From Eubacteriales bacterium (GTDB lineage Bacteria > Bacillota > Clostridia > Oscillospirales > CAG-272): a stretch of DNA of 64,000 bases. Positions 6,514 through 15,832 of this stretch are shown here, piece by piece. Every line of letters begins with the position of its first letter. The first letter of the stretch is position 1. Made by a program: the position numbers and the translations under genes. The notes beneath the pieces were generated by a model. That model was not told where the DNA came from. It was given only the letters and a program-made list of their open reading frames with translations, and made no database searches. The stretch spans positions 25,714 to 89,713 of the forward strand of contig JAZOVD010000030.1 of assembly GCA_045658525.1 (NCBI GenBank), given 5' to 3'.

Positions 6514-7744
6514 ACTCTCTGAACATTTTTACTATTTTTTCAGCGGTAGCCTTAACGTCGGAATCCTTGTTGGTCTCGATCTCGAAATCGCATACCGCGC
6601 GGTAAAGCGGGAGCCTTTTTTCGTACATTACCGTAAGGTCGCCGACCGACAACGGTCTTCCCTCGCGGGGCAGTAACGAAACGTCGCGGTTAATAAAGAA
6701 CACGCGTCCGTTCTGACGGAGCAGAGAGTGGTTATCCGGAACTGTGACCGCGCCTCCGCCTGTCGCTATAACTAACCCCGAACGCTTGGTAAGCTCCGCT
6801 ATTGCTTCCGTCTCAACCCTTCTGAACTCTGCTTCACCTTTATTTTTTATCCAGTCTGCGGGAGTTATTCCCGTTTTTTCTGTAATAAACGCGTCACTGT
6901 CGGCAAGCTCGCGTCCCATAAGGCGCGCGATGTGTTTTCCAACCGTGCTTTTACCGCAACCGGGCATACCCACGAGAACTATATTGCGCATTCCGCAATC
7001 GACTCCGCGGTAAACTCTTTCTATATCATCTGCGGAATAAGTGGTTTTTGTGAAGAACTCGGAAGCCTTAGCGCCCTGAGCGACGAGCATATAAAGACCG
7101 CCCGTATGTCGGATACCGCGTTTTTCCGCTTCCAGAATAAGAGCTGTTTTTTCGGGGTTGTATATGAGATCGGCTACCGCCTCGCATTTCGGGAACATAC
7201 CGAGGTCTATGGGAGAAACGCCGTTTTTGGGGTACATTCCAACGGGGGTCGTGTTTACGATAAGGAACGCGTCGGAATGAAGATGGAGATTTTGATAATT
7301 GTTCTCTCCGCTTCTGGAAATAACGACGATCTCGCCTGCTCCGAGGTCGTTCAACGCGCATACCGCGGTCTTTGACGAGCCTCCGCTACCGAGTATGATG
7401 GCTTTTTTGCCTTTTGGATCGATGCCGGCGCGCTTTAACATAAGAGTAAAGCCGAAATGGTCGGTGTTATATCCCGAAAGAGAACCGTCAGCTTCCTTTA
7501 CTATCGTGTTGACGCTTCCTATCCTTTTGGCTTCGTCAGATATTCTGTCGCATAACGGTATTACGGTCTGCTTGTAGGGAATGGTAACGTTTATTCCGTC
7601 AAACTCGCGTTTTTGAAGAAACGGCGCGACCTCGCTTTCCTCCATCGGGAAAAGCTCGTATGTATAATCCCCGAGAAGTGAATGTATCTGCGGAGAGAAG
7701 CTGTGTCCGAGCGGGTTTCCTATAAGTCCGAATGATTTTTTCAT
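6512..7744 (-). CDS. aroE/aroK: bifunctional shikimate dehydrogenase / shikimate kinase fusion
   Basis: The N-terminus FGLIGNPLGHSFSPQIHS plus LGSGGSSKT matches AroE. The C-terminal 170 aa carry the Walker A motif VLVGMPGCGKSTVGK and match AroK. Confidence 0.85.
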   Translation of the reverse strand: MKKSFGLIGNPLGHSFSPQIHSLLGDYTYELFPMEESEVAPFLQKREFDGINVTIPYKQTVIPLCDRISDEAKRIGSVNTIVKEADGSLSGYNTDHFGFTLMLKRAGIDPKGKKAIILGSGGSSKTAVCALNDLGAGEIVVISRSGENNYQNLHLHSDAFLIVNTTPVGMYPKNGVSPIDLGMFPKCEAVADLIYNPEKTALILEAEKRGIRHTGGLYMLVAQGAKASEFFTKTTYSADDIERVYRGVDCGMRNIVLVGMPGCGKSTVGKHIARLMGRELADSDAFITEKTGITPADWIKNKGEAEFRRVETEAIAELTKRSGLVIATGGGAVTVPDNHSLLRQNGRVFFINRDVSLLPREGRPLSVGDLTVMYEKRLPLYRAVCDFEIETNKDSDVKATAEKIVKMFRE

Positions 7745-7764
7745 TTGTTTGTATCCTTTTGGGG

Positions 7765-8946
7765 TTATTTATTGTGACTAACGTAATCTCTGTCCGTTTT
7801 TATAACGCATCTGTAACTCGGATCATATGATGAAACAAATTCGCCTATCATAGCCTTTGCTTCCTTTTCGGGGCATTTGGAGTCAGACGGAAGAACGAGA
7901 TCGAAGATTATATTTGACCGAGATTTGCCCGGTACTATGCGAACGTCGTGGAAAGACGCGCGAGGATCGGCTTTTTTTACCGCTGACGCTATAATGTCGC
8001 GTATTTCGGCAAGACGTTTATCATTTACGTCTGTGGGGTCCATGTGAATAACGGTCTCACATCCAAGCTTACTTGATATTAGTATTTCGAGACGGTCTAT
8101 CATCTCGTGCAGAACGTACACGCTTTCGTTTCCAGACACCTCTGCGTGGAGAGAGACCATAATGCGGCCGGGACCGTAGTCGTGAACTATCATATCGTGT
8201 ATGCCGAGAACTCTTTCGTCAGACATAGCAAGCTCGGAGACTTGGTTTACAAACTCCTCACTTGGGGCTTGACCGAGAAGCGGAGAAACGGTGTCCTTTG
8301 CCGCGCGTATCCCGGCGGTTATGATGAATAGTGAGACCAAAAGTCCGCAGATGCTGTCAAGGTATATAAATCCTGTGAAACGGCAGATAAGACCGACTAT
8401 AAGTACGACCGCGGTTGAAACCGTGTCGCTCAGACTGTCTGCTGCCGTAGCGAGCATAGCGGCGGAGTCTATCTTTTTTCCGTATTTTTTGTTGTAGAAG
8501 CTCATATACAGCTTGCACAGTATCGATAACGCAAGGATGACCGCGGTCAGTATCCCGAAATCGGGCATTGACGGCGCAAATAATTTTTCGACCGAGCTTT
8601 TGGCAAGCTCCGTTCCCATCAGTATTATGATGAGCGCGACTATAAGCCCCGAAACATATTCTATCCTTCCGTGTCCGAACGGGTGGTCAGGGTCGGGCTT
8701 TTTCGCCGCGAGTCTGAACCCCGCAAGAGTTATGACCGAGGAGCCTGCGTCCGAAAGGTTGTTGAAAGCGTCAGCCGTTACCGCAAGCGAGCCGGAGATA
8801 AGACCGGCAAGAAGCTTTACCACGAATAAAACTATATTCAAAAATATTCCGAATATCCCACATACCGTTCCGTATGCGGAGCGAACCTTCGGATCATCGG
8901 TGTTTTCCGAGTTTTTGACCGTTTTTCTGATTATAAATCCTACCAT
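7765..8946 (-). CDS. cation diffusion facilitator family transporter
   Basis: Six TM helices followed by a cytoplasmic domain. Motifs ADAFNNLSD, DSLSD and HPFGHGRIE are typical of the CDF family. ATG 8946 is preferred over GTG 8955. Confidence 0.85.
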   Translation of the reverse strand: MVGFIIRKTVKNSENTDDPKVRSAYGTVCGIFGIFLNIVLFVVKLLAGLISGSLAVTADAFNNLSDAGSSVITLAGFRLAAKKPDPDHPFGHGRIEYVSGLIVALIIILMGTELAKSSVEKLFAPSMPDFGILTAVILALSILCKLYMSFYNKKYGKKIDSAAMLATAADSLSDTVSTAVVLIVGLICRFTGFIYLDSICGLLVSLFIITAGIRAAKDTVSPLLGQAPSEEFVNQVSELAMSDERVLGIHDMIVHDYGPGRIMVSLHAEVSGNESVYVLHEMIDRLEILISSKLGCETVIHMDPTDVNDKRLAEIRDIIASAVKKADPRASFHDVRIVPGKSRSNIIFDLVLPSDSKCPEKEAKAMIGEFVSSYDPSYRCVIKTDRDYVSHNK

Positions 8947-9129
8947 TGTGATCACCGCCTTGTTTTTGTTTGACGATCTTTTTTTATTATGTCACAAAAA
9001 AACGTTCTGCGCAAGACTTATTACGTTAATGAAATGGTTTAAACAAATCAATGTTCGTTTTTTGGCATAGATTTAAAAAGTGACAAAAGATAAATTATAT
9101 TACAGAGAAAATTTTATTCAAAAATGCGA

Positions 9130-9158
9130 TTGATTTTACGGAATAAGCAGAGTATAAT
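9130..9158 (+). promoter_or_regulatory. sigma-A type promoter for the antiporter gene
   Basis: TTGATT, 17-nt spacer, TATAAT. It lies inside the long 9124 ORF, which argues for the downstream GTG start. Confidence 0.5.
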
Positions 9159-9219
9159 TTATAGAGTTATAAAAATAAACAGACGCGTGTTCTGCGCGTT
9201 TTACGGAAAGGTCGATCTT

Positions 9220-10449
9220 GTGAGTATATTTAATACGATAGGCGGATTTTTTTCTAAGGATGTACTGCTTTCTCTCGGTGTTGCGATAGCAGTTGGACTT
9301 GTTTTTAACAGAGTGGTCAAAAGGATTGGACTCCCAAACGTTACGGGTTATCTCGTTGCGGGCGTTTTGATCGGGCCTTGCTTTCTTCAAATAATTCCAT
9401 CGGTCTGGATAGAGGAGCTGACGCTTCTTGTTAACGTCGCTCTCGGATTTATAGCCTTTTCGATAGGCGGAGAATTCAGAATCTCGAAAATAAAGAATAT
9501 AGGAAAAAGCGTGTTTATAATAACCCTTTTTCAGGCTTTGACCACTACTCTTTTGGTTAATATAGGCTTGCTTCTGTTTTTCGAGCCTGCGGTGGCGATA
9601 TGTCTCGGAGCGATAGCGACGGCGACTGCACCTGCCGCAACGCTTATGGTCGTAAGGCAGTATAACGCCAAGGGCCCTGTTACGGATATGCTTATGCCGG
9701 TAGTCGCGCTTGATGACGCCGTAGGACTTGTCGTATTCTCAGTCTCGCTTTCGGTGGCAAAGCTGACGGTCGCATCAAATAACGTAAACGTTCTTCATAT
9801 GCTTCTCGATCCGATAAAGGAGATCGTGCTTTCGCTTAGCGTGGGTGCGCTCATCGGTGCAGTTTTGACGTTTGGAATGGGATTTTTCCATTCTCGTTCA
9901 AACCGACTTACGTCCATTATTTGCGCAGTATTCCTCGGAACCTCTGTTTCTTCTCTTTTCGGACTTTCGTCACTCCTTCTTTGTATGTCGATAGGCGCGG
10001 TCATGGCTAATTTTTATCCGGAAAGCGAGAAGATGCTCGATATTACCGAGCATTGGACTCCTGTCGTATTTTTACTGTTTTTTGTCATATCCGGTGCGGA
10101 GCTTGATCTGTCGATAGTTCCCACGGTGGGAGTTCTCGGGATCCTTTATATCGTTCTTCGCTCAGTGGGCAAATATTTTGGCGCGCGCATAGGATCAACT
10201 GTTGTTCATGAGCATACAAACATAAGAAAATATCTCGGAGTTGCACTTCTTCCGCAGGCGGGAGTTGCGATAGGTATGAGTCAGATAGTGGTTAACGAGC
10301 TTCCTGCTGAATACGGCGGACGCATACGCGCGGTGGTGCTTTGCGCTACGCTCGTCTATGAGCTTATAGGTCCTTTGCTTACCAAGCTTGTTCTTGTAAA
10401 AGCGGGCGAGATAGAAAAAACGAAGAAGGAAAAAACGGTTTCTGCCTAA
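9220..10449 (+). CDS. cation:proton antiporter (CPA2 / Na+/H+ exchanger family)
   Basis: Polytopic membrane protein. The N-terminus GLPNVTGYLVAGVLIGP is typical of Kef/Nap-type exchangers. GTG 9220 lies 8 nt after GGAAAGG. Confidence 0.8.
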   Translation: MSIFNTIGGFFSKDVLLSLGVAIAVGLVFNRVVKRIGLPNVTGYLVAGVLIGPCFLQIIPSVWIEELTLLVNVALGFIAFSIGGEFRISKIKNIGKSVFIITLFQALTTTLLVNIGLLLFFEPAVAICLGAIATATAPAATLMVVRQYNAKGPVTDMLMPVVALDDAVGLVVFSVSLSVAKLTVASNNVNVLHMLLDPIKEIVLSLSVGALIGAVLTFGMGFFHSRSNRLTSIICAVFLGTSVSSLFGLSSLLLCMSIGAVMANFYPESEKMLDITEHWTPVVFLLFFVISGAELDLSIVPTVGVLGILYIVLRSVGKYFGARIGSTVVHEHTNIRKYLGVALLPQAGVAIGMSQIVVNELPAEYGGRIRAVVLCATLVYELIGPLLTKLVLVKAGEIEKTKKEKTVSA

Positions 10450-10520
10450 TAAATAACTTGATTTTCTTAGTTGATTATGCTATAATCGTCTTGAAGCAGC
10501 AGCTTTAAAAGGAGATCATT

Positions 10521-12149
10521 ATGGAAAATAAGTTCGTCAGCATACTGCGCGCACCGGATAACGCGATAGGCGCAACGGAAAGCTCACCCTTTCGATTTGA
10601 GGAGAGAAAGGACGGCTTTAACTGTGACGTTAAATACGAATATACCGTCGGAGAAAGGTCCGCTAAGATAACGGTCTATCCGAGCGGTTCGCCTGTAAAA
10701 TTCCTCAAGCTCAGATTCAGAGGCGATCTCAGCTTTGTTGATAAGGTGTATGGAGACCAGTGGGAGCGTTCCGGCTCGGATGCCTTTCTTGAATGGCGTT
10801 CGGTCATGTCGAGCCGCGTGCTTCCGTGGTTCTGCTACTTAAAGGGAGACGGCGTTACGGCTTGCTACGGAGTAAAGACCTGTCCCGACTGCTTTGCGTT
10901 CTGGCAGGTTGACGTTCACGGTATAACGCTTTTCCTTAATCTTTGTTGCGGAAACGAGGGAACGGATCTTAAAGAGCCGCTCGTGGCTTGCGAGGTGACG
11001 GAGATGCTTGGTGATGAGGGCGAGGATACGTACAAGGTAGCCAAACGCTTTTCCGCGCTCCTCTGTGATTTTCCCGTTTTACCCAAGTCTCCGATCTTCG
11101 GAGTTAATAACTGGTACTGGGCTTACGGACGCATTTCAAAGGATAGCGTTATGCACGAGACAGACTATCTGAAAGAGATGTGCGATGGAACAAAGAACGA
11201 TCCGTATATGATAATAGACGACGGCTGGCAGCTCAACCGTACCTACGGTAACGGTGCTTACATAGGCGGTCCGTGGATCGCAAACGACCGTTTCGGAAGT
11301 ATGGCGGAGACCGCTGACGCTATTCACTCCAAGGGAGCGAAAGCGGGTATATGGTTCAGACCAACGCTTACGCTCGGAGACATACCGTTGGAAGCAAATT
11401 TTGCGCGTCATCAATCGGGGGGGATCATACTCGATCCGTCTCATCCTTATACGCTTGAACGCGTAAGGACGGACGCGGCAACCATACGCTCGTGGGGGTA
11501 TGATCTGATAAAGCACGATTTCTCGACTATTGATACGTTCGGAAGTAACCCTCTCACCTCGGAAAGACATACACATTCTTTTGTTACGGGTGGCAGACGC
11601 TTCTTTGACAGGACGAAAACGTCGGCGACTGTCATTAAGAATTTTTATAAAGCGATACAGGCAGGCGCGGGAGATGCTGATGTTATAGGCTGTAACGTAA
11701 TAGGTCATCTTTGCGCGGGAATACATTCCACTTACAGAACAGGAAACGATACGAGCGGAAGAAGCTTTGAGTGGACGAGACGTCTCGGAATCAATTCTGT
11801 TATGAGACTGCCTCTTAACGATACGTTTTACAGAGCAGACCCCGACTGCGCGGCGTTTACGGAGCGAGTTGACGCTTCGTTGAATCTTGATTATCTTGAA
11901 ATGTGTGCTTATACGGGAATGACAACTCTTGCCTCGGTCACTCCCGGGATACTGACCGATAAGGAGATGAAGCGCATAAACGAGATATACAGGATAGCTG
12001 ACCGAGACGAATACCGTTTCGGAATAAAAAATTACGACAAGACCGCAAATCCCAATGTTTTTGTTTCCGAGGACGGAAGCAAGGAAATGGTTTACGATTG
12101 GGAAAAAGCCTATGACGGAGCAAGAGTCGTTTTTGATTGGTTTAATTAA
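10521..12149 (+). CDS. alpha-galactosidase-like glycoside hydrolase (clan GH-D, GH36-type guess)
   Basis: MIIDDGWQ and YDLIKHDF motifs of melibiase-type TIM barrels behind an N-terminal beta-sandwich region. No signal peptide. Confidence 0.6.
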   Translation: MENKFVSILRAPDNAIGATESSPFRFEERKDGFNCDVKYEYTVGERSAKITVYPSGSPVKFLKLRFRGDLSFVDKVYGDQWERSGSDAFLEWRSVMSSRVLPWFCYLKGDGVTACYGVKTCPDCFAFWQVDVHGITLFLNLCCGNEGTDLKEPLVACEVTEMLGDEGEDTYKVAKRFSALLCDFPVLPKSPIFGVNNWYWAYGRISKDSVMHETDYLKEMCDGTKNDPYMIIDDGWQLNRTYGNGAYIGGPWIANDRFGSMAETADAIHSKGAKAGIWFRPTLTLGDIPLEANFARHQSGGIILDPSHPYTLERVRTDAATIRSWGYDLIKHDFSTIDTFGSNPLTSERHTHSFVTGGRRFFDRTKTSATVIKNFYKAIQAGAGDADVIGCNVIGHLCAGIHSTYRTGNDTSGRSFEWTRRLGINSVMRLPLNDTFYRADPDCAAFTERVDASLNLDYLEMCAYTGMTTLASVTPGILTDKEMKRINEIYRIADRDEYRFGIKNYDKTANPNVFVSEDGSKEMVYDWEKAYDGARVVFDWFN

Positions 12150-12156
12150 AGAACTT

Positions 12157-12203
12157 CCCTCACACGCATATTTATTACGAAGCGTGTGGGGGATTTTGAT
12201 TTG
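12157..12203 (+). terminator. terminator hairpin after the glycosidase gene
   Basis: CCCTCACACGC-N14-GCGTGTGGGGG followed by ATTTTGATTT. Confidence 0.6.
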
Positions 12204-12208
12204 TGGGG

Positions 12209-12255
12209 GAAGCCCTCTCAGTCGCTTACGCGCCAGCTATCCCAAAGGGCGAGCC
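12209..12255 (-). repeat. REP-like double-hairpin unit, inverted and diverged copy
   Basis: GAAGCCCTCTCAGTCGCTTACGCGCCAGCTATCCCAAAGGGCGAGCC aligns with the reverse complement of 3236-3285. Shared blocks are CCCTCAGTC..GCT..CAGCT..C..AAGGG.GAGCC. Confidence 0.6.
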
Positions 12256-12263
12256 TTTCATCA

Positions 12264-12427
12264 AATAAAATACCATCACTCTATGACATGGGATTACGAT
12301 CAAACAAAATACCACCACTCTATGATACGACATCAAATTTTACACAATAGTCCCCATAGAAAAATTCTTTTGCATACTTTTCTTCTAAGAAAAGTATGGT
12401 GCCTACTTTTCTTTGAGAAAAGTAGGT
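12264..12427 (+). repeat. promoter-proximal repeat module, copy A
   Basis: Two AAATACCAYCACTCTATGA motifs, then CACAATAGTCCCCATAGAAAAATTCTTTTG, then palindromes CATACTTTTCTT-CTAA-GAAAAGTATG and CCTACTTTTCTT-TGAG-AAAAGTAGG. The reverse complement is found at 48630-48752. Confidence 0.7.
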
Positions 12428-12428
12428 A

Positions 12429-12457
12429 TTGACAAAATGGAAAAGCCGCTGTATAAT
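12429..12457 (+). promoter_or_regulatory. consensus sigma-A promoter for the Mrr-like gene
   Basis: TTGACA (12429-12434), exactly 17 nt, TATAAT (12452-12457). Confidence 0.65.
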
Positions 12458-12502
12458 TAATCTGTATAAATATCTATTATATTATTGAAAGGATATATTA
12501 AG

Positions 12503-13510
12503 ATGACAGTTGCCGAGCTGAGAAGTAATTACAGTAAGTATCTTTCAAGGATAAAGGGCGATATACGTGAGAGCTTGAACGGGAAAGCGTTGACAAGAAG
12601 ACAGCTTATAGATGCGGTAGCAAAACGTTCGGGAATGACGGATGCTGAGCTTAAAGACCGTTCCGCGGGAAGCGTTCTTACTATGTATCGCAGTATCATC
12701 GGTACGGCAATAGGAAAGATGCAGAAATACGGCGATATAATATCGGACGAAAGCGGATATATTTCGCTTTGCAAGTCAGTGGCGACTATCGTAAAAGAGG
12801 CGGAGCTTGCTCCGTTTATAGTTGACCGTATAAAGGAAAGAGCTTACACCAGACGAGAGATGACCGAGCTTGCGGTATCGTATTTTGGCGCGGACAAGAC
12901 GGAGAGCACAAACGACGATGAGTCGATAGAAACGCTTACCGTCACGCTTCTCGGCGAGCTTACGCGCAGGGGAAAGCTCCGTTGCATAGGCGGACGTTAT
13001 TCGATAGGCTCGGATACGGTAATAATCAAAAAACCGGGTTCGGTGTTGGAGGAGTTCATATCAATGCTGAACTCAAAGGGCGGCGAGTTCTTTGAAAGCT
13101 TTTCGGCAATGCTTCTCGAAAGCTATTACCGTTCTTGCGGAATGACCGTCACCGCCTGTAACGTTATAGGCGGCTCTGATGACGGCGGGATAGACGTTAT
13201 GTTTGACGTTACGGACAGGCTGGGATTCCGCGACGTTATACTTGTACAGTGTAAGCAAAAGACCAACTCAAACGTAACTCCGAAGGAAGTAAAGGAGTTT
13301 GTCGGAGCGTTCTACGTCGATAAAGGAACGCGCGGCATATTTATGACAACGTCACGCTTCCATAAGGACGCGGCGGCTGTAATAAATACGCTTCCGGATA
13401 TAGCGCAGATAGACGGAGCGAGACTTTTTGAGATGGCGAAGCTTTGTCACGTTGGAATAAAAGAGGAGAACGGAGTGTTCTCTGTTGATAGATCGTTTTT
13501 TGGCGCATAA
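12503..13510 (+). CDS. Mrr-like restriction endonuclease with N-terminal winged-helix regions
   Basis: The C-terminus GGSDDGGIDVMFDV...VILVQCKQK is the D-x(n)-(E/Q)-x-K core of Mrr_cat (PF04471). ATG 12503 lies 9 nt after AAAGGA. Confidence 0.75.
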   Translation: MTVAELRSNYSKYLSRIKGDIRESLNGKALTRRQLIDAVAKRSGMTDAELKDRSAGSVLTMYRSIIGTAIGKMQKYGDIISDESGYISLCKSVATIVKEAELAPFIVDRIKERAYTRREMTELAVSYFGADKTESTNDDESIETLTVTLLGELTRRGKLRCIGGRYSIGSDTVIIKKPGSVLEEFISMLNSKGGEFFESFSAMLLESYYRSCGMTVTACNVIGGSDDGGIDVMFDVTDRLGFRDVILVQCKQKTNSNVTPKEVKEFVGAFYVDKGTRGIFMTTSRFHKDAAAVINTLPDIAQIDGARLFEMAKLCHVGIKEENGVFSVDRSFFGA

Positions 13511-13533
13511 ATAAATTTTCAGGAGAAATAGAA

Positions 13534-14379
13534 ATGGAAAACCTTCAACCCCAAAAACAAAAAAGACTTCTCACGGTTCAGGACATATCGTGCGTCGGAC
13601 AGTGCTCGCTTACGGTAGCGCTCCCGATAATATCCGCTTTTGGAATAGAGACGGTAATGCTTCCGTCCGCTGTCCTCTCAACTCATACGGGAAGCTGGAA
13701 AGGGTTTACGTTCCGCGACCTTACCGACGATATTCCTGGAATAGTTTCTCATTGGGAGAAAGAGGGTATAGATTTTGACGCGATATATACGGGATATATA
13801 GGAAACGCGCGTCAGATAGATATGATACTCGGGATGAGGGAAACGCTTCTTGTGCCGAATGCACCTATAATAACCGATCCCGCAATGGCGGATAACGGTG
13901 TACTTTACACAGGCTTTGACAAGGCATTCGTTGAGAGCATGAAAAAGCTGGTCGGAGGCTCCGATTATCTGCTTCCGAATATAACCGAAGCGGCTATGCT
14001 TACGGGAATGGAATATAAAGAAAAATATGACGAGGAGTATATACTTGGACTTTGCCGCGAGCTTTGTGCTATCGGCGCAAAAAACGTTGTACTTACCGGT
14101 GTGTGCTTTGAGCAAGGACAGATAGGCGTTTACGTGTATGACGGTAAGGAAGCGCGTTATTGCTCTCAGGAGAGACTTGCTTACAACAAGCACGGAACGG
14201 GTGACGTTTACGCGTCTGTGTTCTCGGGTTATCTTGTAAGCGGGGAGAGCGCGTTCGATGCCGCAAAGAAGGCGGCGACCTTTACAAAGGACGCTATGAT
14301 AAATACTCCGTCGGATCACGTTTACGGAGTGAATTTTGAGGGAATATTAAATAAAATCACAGATCGGGAGAATATATAA
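13534..14379 (+). CDS. pdxK: pyridoxal/pyridoxamine kinase
   Basis: LLTVQDISCVGQCSLTVALPIISAFGIE at the N-terminus and HGTGDVYASVF near the C-terminus, as in ribokinase-fold PdxK/PdxY. Confidence 0.8.
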   Translation: MENLQPQKQKRLLTVQDISCVGQCSLTVALPIISAFGIETVMLPSAVLSTHTGSWKGFTFRDLTDDIPGIVSHWEKEGIDFDAIYTGYIGNARQIDMILGMRETLLVPNAPIITDPAMADNGVLYTGFDKAFVESMKKLVGGSDYLLPNITEAAMLTGMEYKEKYDEEYILGLCRELCAIGAKNVVLTGVCFEQGQIGVYVYDGKEARYCSQERLAYNKHGTGDVYASVFSGYLVSGESAFDAAKKAATFTKDAMINTPSDHVYGVNFEGILNKITDRENI

Positions 14380-14744
14380 TGGCGGGATACAGACAGACAA
14401 GAATAAACGAGGAACTTACGCACGCGCTTTCCGAGGCGCTTCGCGAGCTTAAAGACCCGAGAATACAGAACAGCGTGGTATCGATCACCGACGTTGACTG
14501 CGCAAAGGATCTTAAAACGGCTAACGTTTACTTTTCCTTTTTCTCGGTAAAATATGAGGAGAAGGACATAAAGACCGCGCTTAAAGGCGCGGCGGGATTC
14601 CTTCGTTCCTATCTCGCGTCAGAGGTCAATCTCCGCGAGACTCCTCAGTTAAACTTTATTTTCGACAACTCCATAGAGCGCGGAAACAGGATCTCCGCGA
14701 TACTTAACGAGGTCCTTCCGTCAAAGTCAGAGGACGAAAAATGA
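14379..14744 (+). CDS. rbfA: ribosome-binding factor A
   Basis: RINEELTHALSEALRELKDPRI...VSITDV and 121 aa. The start overlaps the pdxK stop (ATAATGG). Confidence 0.9.
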   Translation: MAGYRQTRINEELTHALSEALRELKDPRIQNSVVSITDVDCAKDLKTANVYFSFFSVKYEEKDIKTALKGAAGFLRSYLASEVNLRETPQLNFIFDNSIERGNRISAILNEVLPSKSEDEK

Positions 14745-14767
14745 GTTGGAGAAAGGAATAAAAGTAA

Positions 14768-15817
14768 ATGAAAACGCTTGAAGTATCGTGTTCAAGGGAT
14801 TATAAAATATATATCGGGAACGGTCTTTTTTCACGCGCGGGAAATCTCATAAAAGAGAATTTCCCGGGTAAAAGGGTCTGCGTTATAACCGATACGAACG
14901 TTGCGGAGATATATCTGAGTCGTTTTGAAGAGGAGCTTGACTCTGCCGGAATTTCGCATGAGAGCTTTGTTTTTTCTCCGGGTGAGCATAACAAGACTCT
15001 GGCAACTGTCGAGCAGATACTGCTTTTCCTTAATGAAAAGCAGTTTACACGTTCGGATATGCTTATCGCCCTCGGCGGCGGTATAACGGGGGATATAACG
15101 GGATTTGTCGCGTCGATCTATCTTCGCGGACTTGAATTTATACAGATACCCACAACGCTTCTGGCGGCGGTGGATTCGTCAGTCGGTGGGAAAACGGGAG
15201 TAAATCTCGGCGGTCTTAAAAATCAGGTAGGAACGTTCTGGCAGCCGTCGGCAGTTATCTGCGATCCTATGATGTTTGATACGCTTCCAAAGGTGGAGTT
15301 TGCGTCGGGTATGGCGGAGGTAATAAAATACGCCGCGATATGCGATCCGGGTCTTGGAGCAAAGCTCTGCACGGAATGCGATATGATAGATATGATATAC
15401 GAATGCGTAAAGATCAAGCGAGATATTGTTTCCGAGGATGAGCGCGATACAGGAAAGCGCCAGCTTCTCAATCTCGGGCATACGTTCGGACACGGTATAG
15501 AAAAGGTGTCCGAAAACGCATACACCCACGGTCAGGCTGTCGCGATAGGAACGGTAATGGCGTTCAAGGCGGCGGAAAAGATGGGTATATGTGAGGCGGG
15601 AGAGACGGAAAAGGCTGAAAGACTTTTGAACGCCTACTCGCTTCCAACTAAATGTGAGTTTAATCCGTATAATCTTCTGTTTGCTATGCAGAGCGATAAA
15701 AAGCGCGCGGGTGGTAAGATAACTCTTATTCTTCCCCGTTCGTTCGGTGACTGTATCCTTTATCGCACAGATATGAATTCGCTTCCCGAAATACTCGGAT
15801 ACGCTCTGGGGAAATAA
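14768..15817 (+). CDS. aroB: 3-dehydroquinate synthase
   Basis: LGGGITGDITGF, DSSVGGKTGVN and NLGHTFGH motifs. Confidence 0.9.
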   Translation: MKTLEVSCSRDYKIYIGNGLFSRAGNLIKENFPGKRVCVITDTNVAEIYLSRFEEELDSAGISHESFVFSPGEHNKTLATVEQILLFLNEKQFTRSDMLIALGGGITGDITGFVASIYLRGLEFIQIPTTLLAAVDSSVGGKTGVNLGGLKNQVGTFWQPSAVICDPMMFDTLPKVEFASGMAEVIKYAAICDPGLGAKLCTECDMIDMIYECVKIKRDIVSEDERDTGKRQLLNLGHTFGHGIEKVSENAYTHGQAVAIGTVMAFKAAEKMGICEAGETEKAERLLNAYSLPTKCEFNPYNLLFAMQSDKKRAGGKITLILPRSFGDCILYRTDMNSLPEILGYALGK

Positions 15818-15832
15818 GAGGTAAAATACATA

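Noticed and set aside
12055-12432. ORFs that run through intergenic repeats: the 125-aa ORF at 12055-12432, plus 3108-3386(-), 27853-28080(-), 16995-17318(-) and 48691-49392(+).
   Set aside because: They are made of hairpin and palindromic repeat sequence. They have no RBS, and their peptide repeats such as KYHHSM mirror the DNA repeats. They are non-coding.
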